Source: Prasinococcaceae sp. CCMP 1430 (taxonomy: Eukaryota; Plantae; Prasinodermophyta). From it: a DNA stretch of 64,000 bases. The notes beneath the pieces are model-generated. The model ran no database searches. It was not told the origin of the DNA and saw only the letters and a program-made list of their open reading frames with translations. The translations under genes and the position numbers were made by a program. Positions 31,819 through 43,086 of the stretch are shown in pieces (within the stretch, counting starts at the first letter, position 1; the number at the start of each line of letters is the position of its first letter). The stretch is taken from positions 204,163 to 268,162 of the forward strand of contig RQSC01000003.1 in the NCBI GenBank assembly GCA_013416795.1, written 5' to 3'.

Positions 31819-34626
31819 ATGCGCCGCCTCGCTCTGCCGCGCAGCTCACGAGGCGAAGTGCGCGAGGCCCTCGACTCGGACCACCCTGCGCTGCGCTCCA
31901 AGTTCCACACGCTCGCCGACCACGTCTTCGCTGGCCCGCTCACAGGCGTGCCGCCCGACCTCTATGTGCCCGCGCCAGATGCACCCCCTGGCTCGGACGT
32001 GGGCGCCAAGTCGGCAGCCAACATGGACGTGGAGGCCGGCAACCGCGCCATGTGGGACGCCCTGCTCGAGCTCGAGCTGCCCCCGGGCTATGTGGCCGCT
32101 GTGATCACTGCGAACAACGAGGAGCAGCTGCTGGGCGGAAAGGAGCGCATCACGCGCGTCTTCCGTGCGTGCATTGGGCGTCTCAACTGCGGCGAAAGCG
32201 AGCTGCGCGTACGGCACGCGCTGGAGTGGCTACAGGCGCTGCTGCTCGCGCTCGCGGCAAAGTTTGCGGACAGACAATTCGAGATGCTGCAGTGCGTCGC
32301 GGGCGAGCGCGACGATGCCGAGAGCCTTCTGCAGGCGCTCGCGGCCGGGCTAAGTGCTCAGCTCCGACGCGGGAGGGCAGAGGCGCTCACGCGGCGAGCA
32401 GCGCTGCAGTGCGCGCTCGCAGCGCTGTGCGCTGGCGGGGCGAACCTCAATGCGAGCGCTGCGGCCGCATACCTCGTCTCGCAAGGAGCACCGCTGCTCG
32501 ACGCTCTCGCGGAGCCGCTCGACGCCGCCTGCCCCCCGCATGGCGGTGCTTCGAATGCCGGCGGAGCGAATGGCGGCAGTGACGCTCTGGGGCAGCACTC
32601 TGTCAAGGCGGCTGCCGTGCTAGCCGCGCGCCCAAACGAGGAGACGTACTACGTCGCGGGAAGCGACAGCACAAAGCGGAAAGAGTGGCGCTCGGGCGGC
32701 GTCGGGTGGGACTTGACGCAGCTCTTCGCTGGGTGTGCGCCGTCGCTCTACATGCCGCTCCCGCGGAGGGACGTGGGCTTGGGCAACACTACCGTGCTCT
32801 CAGCCGCAGAGGCGGCGCATAGGGCAGAGATGGATGCCGCGCCTGGCTCGGCGACGCACGGCGCGGCCATGGCCACAGCGCTTCTACTGTGCTGGCGGGA
32901 GGGCGGCAACCCCGTCCAGGAACGTGCGTCTTCCATTGACAGGGACGACCAGATAGAAGCGCTGGTGTCCGCAATCGATGCCATGCTGCGCCCGCCAGAG
33001 GAAGCTGCCGCTGCGGCCGCTGCAGCGGCGGCTGCTGCAACAGCTCCAGTGAGCGCGGCCGTGGGTGGTGCCGCCGCCGCGCTTGTTGGCGTGGCGGCGG
33101 CTTCGCCTGGGGCGCCGCCGCCCGCACCGGTCGGCGCCGTCGCCAATTCTGCCATGGCTGACTACGTCAATGCGGGCCTCCAGAGCGCTAGTGAGTGGTT
33201 GGGCTACTCTGCAGGCGGCACTGAGGTCGCTGCTGCTGTCGCCGCTGAGAATGCGCTTGCAGCTGCGCACCCGCGAGCCGCGCGCTGCGCTGCGGGCCTC
33301 GTGTTGCTCCACGCCCTTTCATCCTCGAACGGGGCCCTCCGAGTGCGCACAAGCGAGCTGTGGGTGCCGGCGCAAGCGCAGGCGCGCGCGGGCATTGCAC
33401 AAGCGTGGATGGATCTCCATGGGCGTCTGCTGGCGACACTGGCGTATGCGCTCATGGCTGCGGCGAAGAGCGCCACCGCTGCCGAGGCCCGTGCGGCTAC
33501 GGCCATGCCTGGGAGCGCGAACAGAGGCAACCAGAATGGATCGGCGGCCAATGCGCTCGCTCGGCTGGCGGTGCTTTGCTACAGGCCGCTCGCGTCTGAC
33601 GCCGCTCTGTGCCGGGCTCTGTGTAGCGTCAAGGTGGGTGACTTAACCGGCTTATCGGTGGCGCCGACGGCGCTCGGCTTGCCACTGGCGTCGGCACTGG
33701 TGGACACGCTGATGGCATTCGTACACGAGGTAGCGACGGGGGGCGCGCGCGCAGGCCCCTCGGCGGAAATGATCGACCTCTCGAGCCAGGCAGTTTTTGT
33801 CGCTCACAGGATGGTGTCTGCGATGGCGACGCGTGGTGCGGGTGCCTTTGCCGAGGTGGCTGGGCGTTCAGTGCAGTGGGCAACGGTCGCCGAGGCAGCA
33901 TGTGCGGCAGCGTGCGCATGTGCAGCGACGCAGTCGGCATTCGCACGGTCCAGAGCCCCAACACTCGCCGCGCAATGCGTGAACTTGCTCAACCTGCTCC
34001 TTCTGCGAGGGCCCGAGTACCTCTTCGGCTCGTCTGCGGACTACCACAACGTGCTCGCTACCATCGCCGCCCACGAAGGCCGCTGGCAGCGCCTGGAGGC
34101 CGCCGCCGCTGCTGCGGGTTGGCTGGCGCCAACGCCCGTGTACGTGCCGCCCTCGAAGGGCCGGGGGGAGGGGAGAGCCACGGCGGTGCGGACGCACGCG
34201 CCGCGCACGGCGGTACTGCGCCTCACCAACGTGCTCAAGGTATCGAGCATTGTGTGCGAGGCCCAACGCGGGGCGGCAGGCGGCGCTGCGTCCGCTGGTG
34301 GGCTCGGCGGGTCAGCGGCGGCCGAGCATGCAGCAGCCACAACGAACACGGCGGCCATGCTCTTGGCTGTCAAGCGTGCACCTCTTGGTATGTTGGAGCT
34401 CTTCCCCTTCGATCGCCTGGACGCAGCGTACGCCCTGGAGGCTGCGGGCGAGGGTGAAGGTGCCGCCGAGGCGCGCGCATTGGCTGCGGCCGCACGCGTG
34501 ATCCTTGCGGACGTGAGGCAGACGGACGCGACCGTGGGCACCGACGCTCTGTACAGTCTCTCAGCTGGCCTAGACGCGACCGCCGGGCTGCCCCAGAGCA
34601 TGCCCGCGGCCGTCGCTGTGGGTTAA
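31819..34626 (+). CDS. ARMH3: Armadillo-like helical domain protein 3 (C10orf76/UPF0668, DUF1741) homologue
   Basis: MWDALLELE...EQLLGGKERITRVFRACI...RVRHALEWL, NPVQERASSIDRDD, and LNLLNLLLLRGPEYLFGSSADY align by eye with conserved ARMH3 blocks. Confidence 0.7.
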   Translation: MRRLALPRSSRGEVREALDSDHPALRSKFHTLADHVFAGPLTGVPPDLYVPAPDAPPGSDVGAKSAANMDVEAGNRAMWDALLELELPPGYVAAVITANNEEQLLGGKERITRVFRACIGRLNCGESELRVRHALEWLQALLLALAAKFADRQFEMLQCVAGERDDAESLLQALAAGLSAQLRRGRAEALTRRAALQCALAALCAGGANLNASAAAAYLVSQGAPLLDALAEPLDAACPPHGGASNAGGANGGSDALGQHSVKAAAVLAARPNEETYYVAGSDSTKRKEWRSGGVGWDLTQLFAGCAPSLYMPLPRRDVGLGNTTVLSAAEAAHRAEMDAAPGSATHGAAMATALLLCWREGGNPVQERASSIDRDDQIEALVSAIDAMLRPPEEAAAAAAAAAAAATAPVSAAVGGAAAALVGVAAASPGAPPPAPVGAVANSAMADYVNAGLQSASEWLGYSAGGTEVAAAVAAENALAAAHPRAARCAAGLVLLHALSSSNGALRVRTSELWVPAQAQARAGIAQAWMDLHGRLLATLAYALMAAAKSATAAEARAATAMPGSANRGNQNGSAANALARLAVLCYRPLASDAALCRALCSVKVGDLTGLSVAPTALGLPLASALVDTLMAFVHEVATGGARAGPSAEMIDLSSQAVFVAHRMVSAMATRGAGAFAEVAGRSVQWATVAEAACAAACACAATQSAFARSRAPTLAAQCVNLLNLLLLRGPEYLFGSSADYHNVLATIAAHEGRWQRLEAAAAAAGWLAPTPVYVPPSKGRGEGRATAVRTHAPRTAVLRLTNVLKVSSIVCEAQRGAAGGAASAGGLGGSAAAEHAAATTNTAAMLLAVKRAPLGMLELFPFDRLDAAYALEAAGEGEGAAEARALAAAARVILADVRQTDATVGTDALYSLSAGLDATAGLPQSMPAAVAVG

Positions 34627-34699
34627 CGCCGTGTGTTGCGCTCGCTCGCCACAGTGCTTGTAATTGTTATTTACACCGAGCGCCGCACGTCATGGCGCG

Positions 34700-35916
34700 T
34701 CATTGCGCGTCAGCGAGCTGGCTTCTGAGCCGGTCGCGCCAACTCTGTGTGAAGCCGATGGTGTCCAAGTACGCCTCGTGACCGCCATAGCGATCGCGCA
34801 AATGTGCCACGGTGCTCACCATCGCCTCGGCAGGCGCACGCGAAAAGATGGACATGTCCTGGATGTGGCGCGAAGGGCAGTGGTGCGTCAGCACATGTCG
34901 GCGACGCTCACCCAAGTGTGCGCCAAGCGCGGCATGCATGCGCCTGTGCTCGCGCCGCGTACCAAGCCCGGGGCCTTCTTCTCTACGCCGCCGAGGCCGG
35001 CGACCGTCTCGTCGCTGTCAGAGCGAGCGTAGTCTTCGATGACCTCGCCCTCACTGGCACCCAAGACAAGAAGCATAAGCATAGCCATGAGACCTGTCCG
35101 ATCCTTTCCTGCTTTGCAAAAGAACACCACACTCCTCCCCGCCTCGAGATTGCAGACGACCGTCTTGAGCGCCACAGCGAAGTCGGCACTGCCTGTCTCC
35201 AGCAGGAGCTCGTACAGCTGTGGCAGGCCGCCCTCATTAATGCGTGCTGATTGCGGCGCCAACGGTGTTGGTGTGTCAGCATGCGTTGACGATGCAAAGC
35301 CAAGAGAGTGCTCGCAAGACGCGGAATGCACGCGCCTGGGGTCGCGCCGCGTACCAATGAACCAGTCGCGGAGCTCGTTGCGTCCGCCGAACACCTTGAG
35401 CCACAGCACGTACAGCTTCTCGCGCAGTGGCAGCGCGTTGAAGAGGCCACGCTCGTACCGCTCGCGCTCGAGAAGGCTAATATTGACGCGGTGGAGCGTG
35501 CCAGCTTCGGCTGGCGGCGCATGCGCATCTGCTGCGGCCGACACACTGTCCGCGTCCACCGGCTGAGGAGGGAGCATCTCCGGCAGCGCGCCTGCGTCAT
35601 CCCCGTACTCCTCAGCCGAACGCAAGTCGAGCAATGTGACGGGCGCGTGGGGTGTAGCACCATCCGCGCCCTCCCCGACAAGGGCCTTGACCTGCGCCTC
35701 GAGCACCTCACGCGTCGGCAGCTCGCCCCACGTCGCCGTGCGCACCAGCCTCTGCGCGGCGAGCCGCGCGCCGGGCGCCGCGAGCGCGCAGTCGCGCGCG
35801 TTGCGGAACGACGACTGCCCCCGCGCGCCGGCCACCTCGACCACCCGCCCCGGGATCCCCGAGGAGCAGCGCGTGGCTTTCTTGCTCATAGCCCTGCGAT
35901 CCCCCGACCTCGGCAT
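34700..35916 (-). CDS. Tyrosine phosphatase family protein (IphP/Y_phosphatase3 type); two introns
   Basis: FRNARD, LLDLRSAEE, P-loop VFFCKAGKDRTG, IEDYARSD, RDRYGGHEAYLDTIG. Confidence 0.85.
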
Positions 35917-35920
35917 CGTN

Positions 35921-37094
35921 GCGTGCGGGCCGTGGCGGGCGCGGCGGGCGGGGCGGCGGGCTACCTGCTGCATCCGCTCGTTCTGTGCAACGTGTCGGAC
36001 CACGCGACGCGCGTCGCCGTCGGCGCGTGCCCGCACGCAGGTGGGCGGGCTATTGGGTGAGTGCTTGGGGGTTAGTGCGAGGCGTGCGCCACGCGGCGTT
36101 CGCATCGCCGCGCCCGCGCGGCGCGCGCGCACGCTCGCTCGCTCGCTCACTCGTGCGAAGCGTGGGAGCGAGGGCGCACCGCCGCAGACCTTTGCGCCGC
36201 TGCCCACCACCATGTGCTGACCCCGCGCCCCTCACCGATGGCGCCACGTGGACCCGCAGACTCCTCCTGGGAACCCAGAAGGGTCGCACAGTGGAGATCT
36301 GCAACTCGTTCGAGCTCAAGTACACGTGCGCACCGGGCGGCGCCGACGTGTCCATAGACTGGGCGTTCCTCGAGGAGCGTGCCCGGCAGTACAAGGCTAC
36401 ATTTTCGGCGTATGAGGTCGTCGGCTGGTACTCGACTGCCTCCGGGCCAGCCCCGCGGGGCGGTGACACAGAGCTGCACACGCTCCTAGCGAAACTCAAT
36501 GAGAGCCCTGTGCTCATGCTGCTCGACCCGGCGGTCGACCCCACGAAGCGCTCGCTCCCAGTGAAGCTCTACGAGGGTGAGATGCGCGTCGGGGGCACCG
36601 GCGGAGAGCCGACAGCGGCGCTCGCCGAGGTGAGCTACAGCATCCAAACCGTCGAGGCGGAGAGGATCGCGGTGGATCAGGCCACAAAGATCAGCCCGAC
36701 GGGCGAGACAGCCGCCACGCAGCTCACGCAGCATCTCGACGGGATGCACCGCGCGGTCAAGATGCTTCACGCGCGCGTCGGAGCGCTGCGGCAGCTCCTC
36801 GTGCGCATGGACGCCGGTGAGATACCCATGGACCACGCTCTAGCGCGGCGCGTTGCAGCACTCGCTCGGCGCCTGCCGGCACTCGACACAGCGGGCTTCC
36901 GCACCGACTTCCTCAAGGAGTACAACGACGGCATGCTCGCCATTTATCTCGCCACCATCACTCGCGGCGTTGCAGACACCGCCGAGCTCGTCGACAAGCT
37001 GAACCTCGTCTCCGGCGACAAGGCCGGGCCGCTCTCGTTTACGCCGGCGCATGTGCGCGCGGGCCACGGCGGGCGATTCGGCGGCGGCATGTGA
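35921..37094 (+). CDS. CSN6: COP9 signalosome subunit 6; intron 36057-36259; ATG lost at N join
   Basis: LHPLVLCNVSDHATR, GLLLGTQKGRTVEICNSFEL, VVGWYST, EAERIAVD MPN- domain. Confidence 0.93.
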
Positions 37095-37202
37095 ACACAA
37101 GGAACTAGCTGCTCCGTACGGCGCGCATGGCATTGTAAAGTACACTCGTCATATTATTGTTATACATGCGGCGGCGCCCGGGCAACGTGTGCATGGCGTC
37201 GG

Positions 37203-38606
37203 TCACCGCCCGTGCGCAAACACGTCCTCCTCGAGATCGGCGAAACCAAAGAGCTCGTAGCCGATGCTGGTCAAGTCCCTGTCCAGATCAAAGCCGCTCT
37301 CCACGAGCGAGGCGAGCACGGCGCGCGCGCGCGCCGCGCGCGCTGGCGGCGGCACACACTCGCGGCGCACGCAGCGAAGAAATTGCGCCAGCCGGGGCGA
37401 GCTGCTCGCGTTGGGGCCGGAACCGTGCACGCAGCGCTGGTCCCATACCAGCAGGTCGCCCTCGCGCACGGGCACGCGTCGCGCGAGCCCATACAGCGGG
37501 TCGCGCGCGTCGAACTTGAAGGAGCCACCCCCGCCCTTCCTCCGCACCGCCCAACCCGCCGCCGAGCTCACCTCGGCGTGCTCCTCAGGCGGCCCGAGCG
37601 CACGCGCCCACTCCTCGAAGGTGCGATTGAATCCCGGGACCACCACCGTGCCACCGTCCTCCTCGAGGTTGTCCGCGAGCGACACGACGGCCTGCACCTT
37701 GGGGCCGCCGGCGTCGCGCGACACGCACGTCACCTCGGCGCGGAACTCGCTGGGCGTGCTGTAGTCCATGTCAGGCACAGCGGAGCCATCAATGAAGCTC
37801 CACGGATCGACATCAAGGTGCACGTTGGGCCGCGTCGCCCATTCGTCGGGAGCGCCCGCTGTGGGACGGTAGAAGCACCAGCGGTCCTGGCTGATGTACA
37901 TGCGCTCGTGCGCTCGCGGGCGTGCCCGAGCCAATGCCCGCGCAGCGCACGCGGCCGGCTGCGCACCACCCGAACCGTGCTCCTCTGAGGTCTCCAGGGT
38001 GGCAACAGCGGCCTCGGCATTCTCGTCGTCGGCAATCTCGTCCTCTGAGAGCAGCAATGCAGCGAAGCACGCGCGCACGCCGGGCGCCTGCCTATTGCGC
38101 GCGATGGCCGGGGTGGACACGACCTGTTCCCGCGGCAGGCCATAGCGTTTGGAGCACAGCGCGCCATATGTTGAGGGCTCACCGCGCCTGAAGCCCTCGT
38201 GCGAGGCCTCAAGCTGCGCGTAGATCTCATCGCGCGCCGCAGCGCATCCGTCAGGACCCACGGCGCCACGGAAGACGACGTAGCCGTGGCGCGCGAGGAA
38301 CGTGCGCGCGGCCGCCCTCTCGGTCGGCGTCCGCGGCACGTCCAGCGCGAGCGCGAAGCGCGGGTCTTCCGGGCAGCGCGGCACCTTCGCCGGTGGCGGG
38401 TAAGTTGCGTGCAGCCGCGCGCACCGCGAGGCGACCGCAGGCTCGAGCGACCGCATGTACTCGGCGTGGCCAGCGGCCTCTGTCACCTCGCCGACGCGGT
38501 GCTCGTGTCCCGGTCGCCATACAGGCGCGGCGCGGCGCGCCTTGGCGGCTCGCTTGGCCTCCTTATCTCGCCTCCTCGCAGCCGCCTTCACCTGCCGGAG
38601 CGCCAT
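37203..38606 (-). CDS. Phytanoyl-CoA dioxygenase (PhyH)-like Fe(II)/2OG oxygenase
   Basis: FLARHGYVVFRG, HLD (HxD), QAVVSL.D...DGGTVVVPG, VWDQRCVHGSGPN...R. Confidence 0.8.
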   Translation of the reverse strand: MALRQVKAAARRRDKEAKRAAKARRAAPVWRPGHEHRVGEVTEAAGHAEYMRSLEPAVASRCARLHATYPPPAKVPRCPEDPRFALALDVPRTPTERAAARTFLARHGYVVFRGAVGPDGCAAARDEIYAQLEASHEGFRRGEPSTYGALCSKRYGLPREQVVSTPAIARNRQAPGVRACFAALLLSEDEIADDENAEAAVATLETSEEHGSGGAQPAACAARALARARPRAHERMYISQDRWCFYRPTAGAPDEWATRPNVHLDVDPWSFIDGSAVPDMDYSTPSEFRAEVTCVSRDAGGPKVQAVVSLADNLEEDGGTVVVPGFNRTFEEWARALGPPEEHAEVSSAAGWAVRRKGGGGSFKFDARDPLYGLARRVPVREGDLLVWDQRCVHGSGPNASSSPRLAQFLRCVRRECVPPPARAARARAVLASLVESGFDLDRDLTSIGYELFGFADLEEDVFAHGR

Positions 38607-39368
38607 GCCTGCCGCCTCGCGTTCCTCGCGCGACGCCGACGCGTCCGCCGCGACGCGCCGCGCCTCGGCGAGCGCGTCCTCCCAACGCGGCGCGGCCGCG
38701 GCCGCGCGGCCGCGCCGCCACAGCGCGGCAGAGTGCCACGATGCACACGCCCGCGCCCACCACCTCTCGCCCCCGCGCCCTCACCCCTCGCTCCTCATGC
38801 ATCCCACGCCTCCGCTGCTCGCGGGCGAACGAGCGCCACGTCGCGTGCGTTACGCTCGCGCAACACAACAAAAAATCGCGTTTGATTTCCCGCCCTGCAA
38901 TTTCGCGTCCGTGCGGTCCGCGCGTTTTCCCCCGCGGCGCACTCGCCCGCGACCATTTCGCCCGCGCGTCTCCGCGCTTTCCCCGCGATTTCCCCGCGCC
39001 GCGCTTTTCGCCCTTTCCTGCCTGCCCCGCGCCGCAGCGAGCGAGCGGGCCCGCCCCGCCGCGTCCGCGAGGCGCCGGCGGGCCCGGCCGGAGACGGCCA
39101 GGATCCGACCCGGAACCGCGCGCGCTCGCGCCGAGAGCCGAGCGCGCGCCGCGCGCCGCTTGACTCAGACGCGGATCCAAGCCCCTGCCGGACGCGCTCG
39201 CGCCGCCTCGCTCGCTCGCTCGCTCGCAAACCTCAGAAGTGATTCGGGGGCTGTTGCGTGCTTGCGTTCCTACTGAACGTACCGCGGGTCGCAGGGCAGG
39301 GCGGCGGGGCGTGCCACACCCCGCGCGCCGTGGGGGTAGGGGGTGGGGGGTAGGAGAGGCACCGCGCG

Positions 39369-40399
39369 ATGGCGGCGTTCGTCGATAACCCGCTCTCGCT
39401 CGCGCTCGGCGATGGCGACGCCAGGGCTGTGCTTGCGGACGGGGGCGGCAGCGGCGATGGCGGCGGTGACGGCGAGGGGGGCGAGGCGGGCAGCGGCGGC
39501 TGGGCGGCGCGAGCGCTTGCGCGTGTCGTGCCGAGCGCGGTTGCGAACGCCCTCGATGCTGTGCGCGAGGCGGTCGCCAGTGCGCCAGTGCTCACTGCCG
39601 CCGACGCGGTGCGTACGCCACGGCCGTGGCGAGAGTTCGCGCACGGCGACAGTGGCGATAGCCGAGCAGCACAGGAGAGGGAAAGGCGCACTCGCGCAGA
39701 GAGAGAGCGTGGCCGAGGGCGGGGCCGGCGGCGCGGCGTGCAGCATGGCGACGAGCATGCGTGGTGGGCGCTGGATTGGGGGAATGGCGCTTACGCAGTT
39801 CCCGTCGGTGGATTTGCGGCGCTCACACAACGAGTGGAGTGCAACATGCTCTGGTACATGGGGAACTACGGTAAGCACGCGCACATTCACTCACGCGCGA
39901 TCGCGCATGCGTGCATTGCGGAAAGCACATGCAGGCGTGACTTGCACTACTCTAGCGCTTGGCCGCGCACCGGGCGGTGCGCAACTGCATGCCCACTCGC
40001 CTCGCGTTCATTCGCTTGCTCGTGCGCCAGACTTTTCGCGTCTGACGAATGATCGTGCACGCACGCGCAGCCCGCCTGCTGCTCGCAGGCGCAGCATTCG
40101 TCGTGTGTGGCTCGCCGCTCGCAATGGCCGGTGCGGCACTCTGCGGTGCGCTGTACCTGCTCATCGAGCGACGCACAGCAGCGGCGACCGACGGTGGCGA
40201 GGCCGATGGCGAGATGCTTGCGGTTGAAAGAAACGCAGCGATGGCGCTGGCATGGCTGACGTCAGTGCTGAGCGGCGCCTGGTTGCGCGCCGCGGCTGGA
40301 GTGCTGCTGGGCTTAGTCGCCTGTGCGCTCCACGCCACCACGCGCGTCGAATGCGCACAGGCGCGCAAGATGCTACGGCAGCGCCTGCGCTCAAATTGA
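39369..40399 (+). CDS. PRA1 (prenylated Rab acceptor) family protein; intron positions approximate
   Basis: RPWREF, RVECNMLWYMGNY followed by a GTAAGC donor, then hydrophobic hairpins ending in LHAT. Confidence 0.72.
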
Positions 40400-40581
40400 G
40401 CGGCACACGCCTGCGAATCTAATATGAGCACATAGTCATTCTCGTTCAATCAGGGCGGTGGCGACGGGAGCGAGCACGCACATGAGCGGGCGCGCGCGCG
40501 CCTGCACTCAGCCAGTGCGTGTACATGTGTAATGTGTATGATACATTCGTGTGCGCGCACCTTTGATGCGCTGCGCGCAAG

Positions 40582-41865
40582 TCAGGCGCGCGGTGCCCTT
40601 CTGAACGCCCGCGCGTGCGCCTCGCACGCCCGGGAGTGCCGTTGATACTGCAGCAAAGCCCACAAGAGGTGGCGGAAGGAGAAGTCCGGCCACAGCACGT
40701 CGAGGAAGACCAGCACCGCGAATCCGCCCTGGAGTGGAAACGTGCGCGCATGGACGCAGGCGCACGTGCGCGTGGTCAGGCTTGTGAGCTTCGAGCACGA
40801 TGCGCGCGGTCGTGCGTTTAGCGCGAGCGCGGCGCGAGCGCCCGCTCGTACCTGCCACAGCATGAAGTCAGACAGCCGAGTCTCGCCGCTCGTGCGCAAC
40901 AAAAGGTCGGGTGGCTCACTCGCATCTGTCATCAGAGCGCGCTCAATGAGGTCTTCGACGTACTTGTCGGATGACGCGCACGACCGCACATCTGCGCACT
41001 TGCAATTGCGTGTGCGTGCGTGCTCGCATGCGCTCGACGGTGCGTGGACGCGCGAGTCCTGCCCGTGCACGGGCGGTCGACCTTCGGTCTCTGGGCGCGC
41101 CTTTTCAGCTCGCAGCTGGCGCGCAACCGTGTGTACCGCCGCGGCTATCTCGTGCCGAGCCGTATAGCTCAGGCATATATTCAGGGTGGCACCCTCGTTG
41201 TGTGCAGTAGCTGCCATCGCCGCCTCGGCGGCCTCGCGAACACCCTTCGGTAGCAGCTCCAGGTCACCGATCACGCGCACGCGCACGCCGCGAGCGGCCG
41301 CGCGCCGTGAGTTGAGTGCGCTTGCGAGCTCGCGGAGCTTGTCTCGCGCAAGCGACATGAGAGTCTCCACCTCGTCTGCGGGGCGCTTGAAGTTTTCGAT
41401 TGAGAAGGCGTACACCGTCACCGTGCTCACTCCGAGGTCATACAGCCAGTCGAGCACTGACACCATGGTGGTGTACCCAAGCGCGTGCCCCTCAGCTACG
41501 CGGCCGAGGCCGCGTGCGACGCTGAATCGTCGGTTCCCGTCCATGATGATGGCAACATGGCGCGGCACGGCTCCGCGCTGAAGCACAGCAGACGCCAGCG
41601 AGCGCAGCGACGCGTGCACTGCGGATGCTGCTGAGGCGCAGCACGCCGCGAGAGCGGCTATGGCGGGGCGCAACCCGGCCACGCCTGCATCGGCGGCGCT
41701 CTTCGCACGGCCCCGTGCGCGCGCAGAGCTACTGTCCTCTTCAGGGCCCCCTTCTCTTCTGCAGCCGCGCGCACCATCGTCCCCGCCATGCACCCACGGG
41801 CCTCGTTCGCCTCCGGCGCCCCCGCCCCCGCCTCCCGCTGCCGCCGTCCCATCGCCTGCTGCCAT
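40582..41865 (-). CDS. DHDDS: cis-prenyltransferase (dehydrodolichyl diphosphate synthase/RER2-like); intron ~40849-40733; start uncertain
   Basis: VPRHVAIIMDGNRR, GHALG, TVYAFSIENFKRP, PDLLLRTSGETRLSDFMLWQ, LWPDFSF. Confidence 0.92.
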   Translation of the reverse strand: MAAGDGTAAAGGGGGGAGGERGPWVHGGDDGARGCRREGGPEEDSSSARARGRAKSAADAGVAGLRPAIAALAACCASAASAVHASLRSLASAVLQRGAVPRHVAIIMDGNRRFSVARGLGRVAEGHALGYTTMVSVLDWLYDLGVSTVTVYAFSIENFKRPADEVETLMSLARDKLRELASALNSRRAAARGVRVRVIGDLELLPKGVREAAEAAMAATAHNEGATLNICLSYTARHEIAAAVHTVARQLRAEKARPETEGRPPVHGQDSRVHAPSSACEHARTRNCKCADVRSCASSDKYVEDLIERALMTDASEPPDLLLRTSGETRLSDFMLWQVRAGARAALALNARPRASCSKLTSLTTRTCACVHARTFPLQGGFAVLVFLDVLWPDFSFRHLLWALLQYQRHSRACEAHARAFRRAPRA

Positions 41866-42331
41866 CCGATCGCCCGCGGGCGCGCAGCCGTCGGCGCCAG
41901 CGTCACGCACATGGCGCCCCCCCCCTCCGCACGCCGCGGGCGGGCCGGCGTGTGGCGTGCAGCAGCGCCGCTGCCGCTGCCCGCGCGCGACTGGATCGCG
42001 CGCGCGCAGGACAAAACGCATGCGATAAAATATACCCACGGGAGAGCTTTAATCAAAGTCAAAATGCATGTCACGACGGAGGCATGCCGGCGGGCGGGTG
42101 TCGGACGGCGCAGAGCGCGCCACAGCGCGCGCGTGCGTTGCCGTTGCCGGTTGGGGAGGGGGGGGTGTTGCAGGGATGCGGTGCGCGACGGGAGGGAGGC
42201 GCACAGGGGTGACCTCGGCCGGGAGCGGCCCGCCATGGCGGCGCGCGCGCGCGCGTGCGCCGGCGGTCGCGACTGCGGCTGCAGCAGCGGACCGCGCGCC
42301 GCCACCGCCGCCGCCGCCGCCGCCGCCGTAC

Positions 42332-42869
42332 ATGGACGTGCTCGCGGGAATGCGGGGCACGTGGGAGGCCGAGAGCCGCGTAGTGGATGCGCGGGGGGAG
42401 GAGGTGTCGACCGGGCAAACGGTGACGACGTGCACGTGCGTGCGCATGTGTGCTGCCCGCGCATCCCCCGCGTCCCGCTGCTGCGCGCCGTGCCGGGCCA
42501 CACTCTGACAAACCATCGCTTGCCACATGTAGCGTCGACGAGACTGGTGGCCGCGCGACGCTGACGAGCGTTGCGAGCGGCCGTGAGTGGGTCTTCGAGG
42601 GCGCGCTGTGCGAAGGCGGCGGCGCGATGCGGTTCGTCATGGCAGGTGGCAAGGATGACGTTTACAGCGAATCGCCGTCGAGCTACATGCTCTCTCGCGC
42701 GGTAGACGCTGCGACGCTGTTGAACGAGGTCTTTGTGAGGGGCTCGCTGGTCAGCGTAGAGCTTATCCGGCTGGCACCCGGCGGCGGCGCACGAGTGCAG
42801 CAGTCGATGCGGCTCGGCGACGGCGGAGAATACGCTGGTGTGGGCGTTTACCTAGGCAAAAAGAGATAA
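42332..42869 (+). CDS. Small uncharacterised beta-rich (calycin-like) protein; intron 42436-42532
   Basis: Spliced ~147-aa ORF with N-terminal GTWE motif and alternating beta-strand pattern; GTGCGT donor, CTGAC branch, TAG acceptor in matching phase. Confidence 0.65.
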
Positions 42870-43086
42870 TACTGACGGCTCGCGCATAACGTGGCGCGCC
42901 CGCGGGCGTCGAGTAATGCACGAAGGCAACGCGGCTGCATCGCATTAAGGGCGTCCAGCGTGCGCTTCCGACGCATGGCCTTTTCAAAGAGAGTTGTGTA
43001 TACAAGGTATCTGGAAGTGGTCGCATGCAAGAGCTGCGCCGCGAGACTCGCTGTTCTGCCCCGCGCGTGCCGACGCCTCGGCGGCC

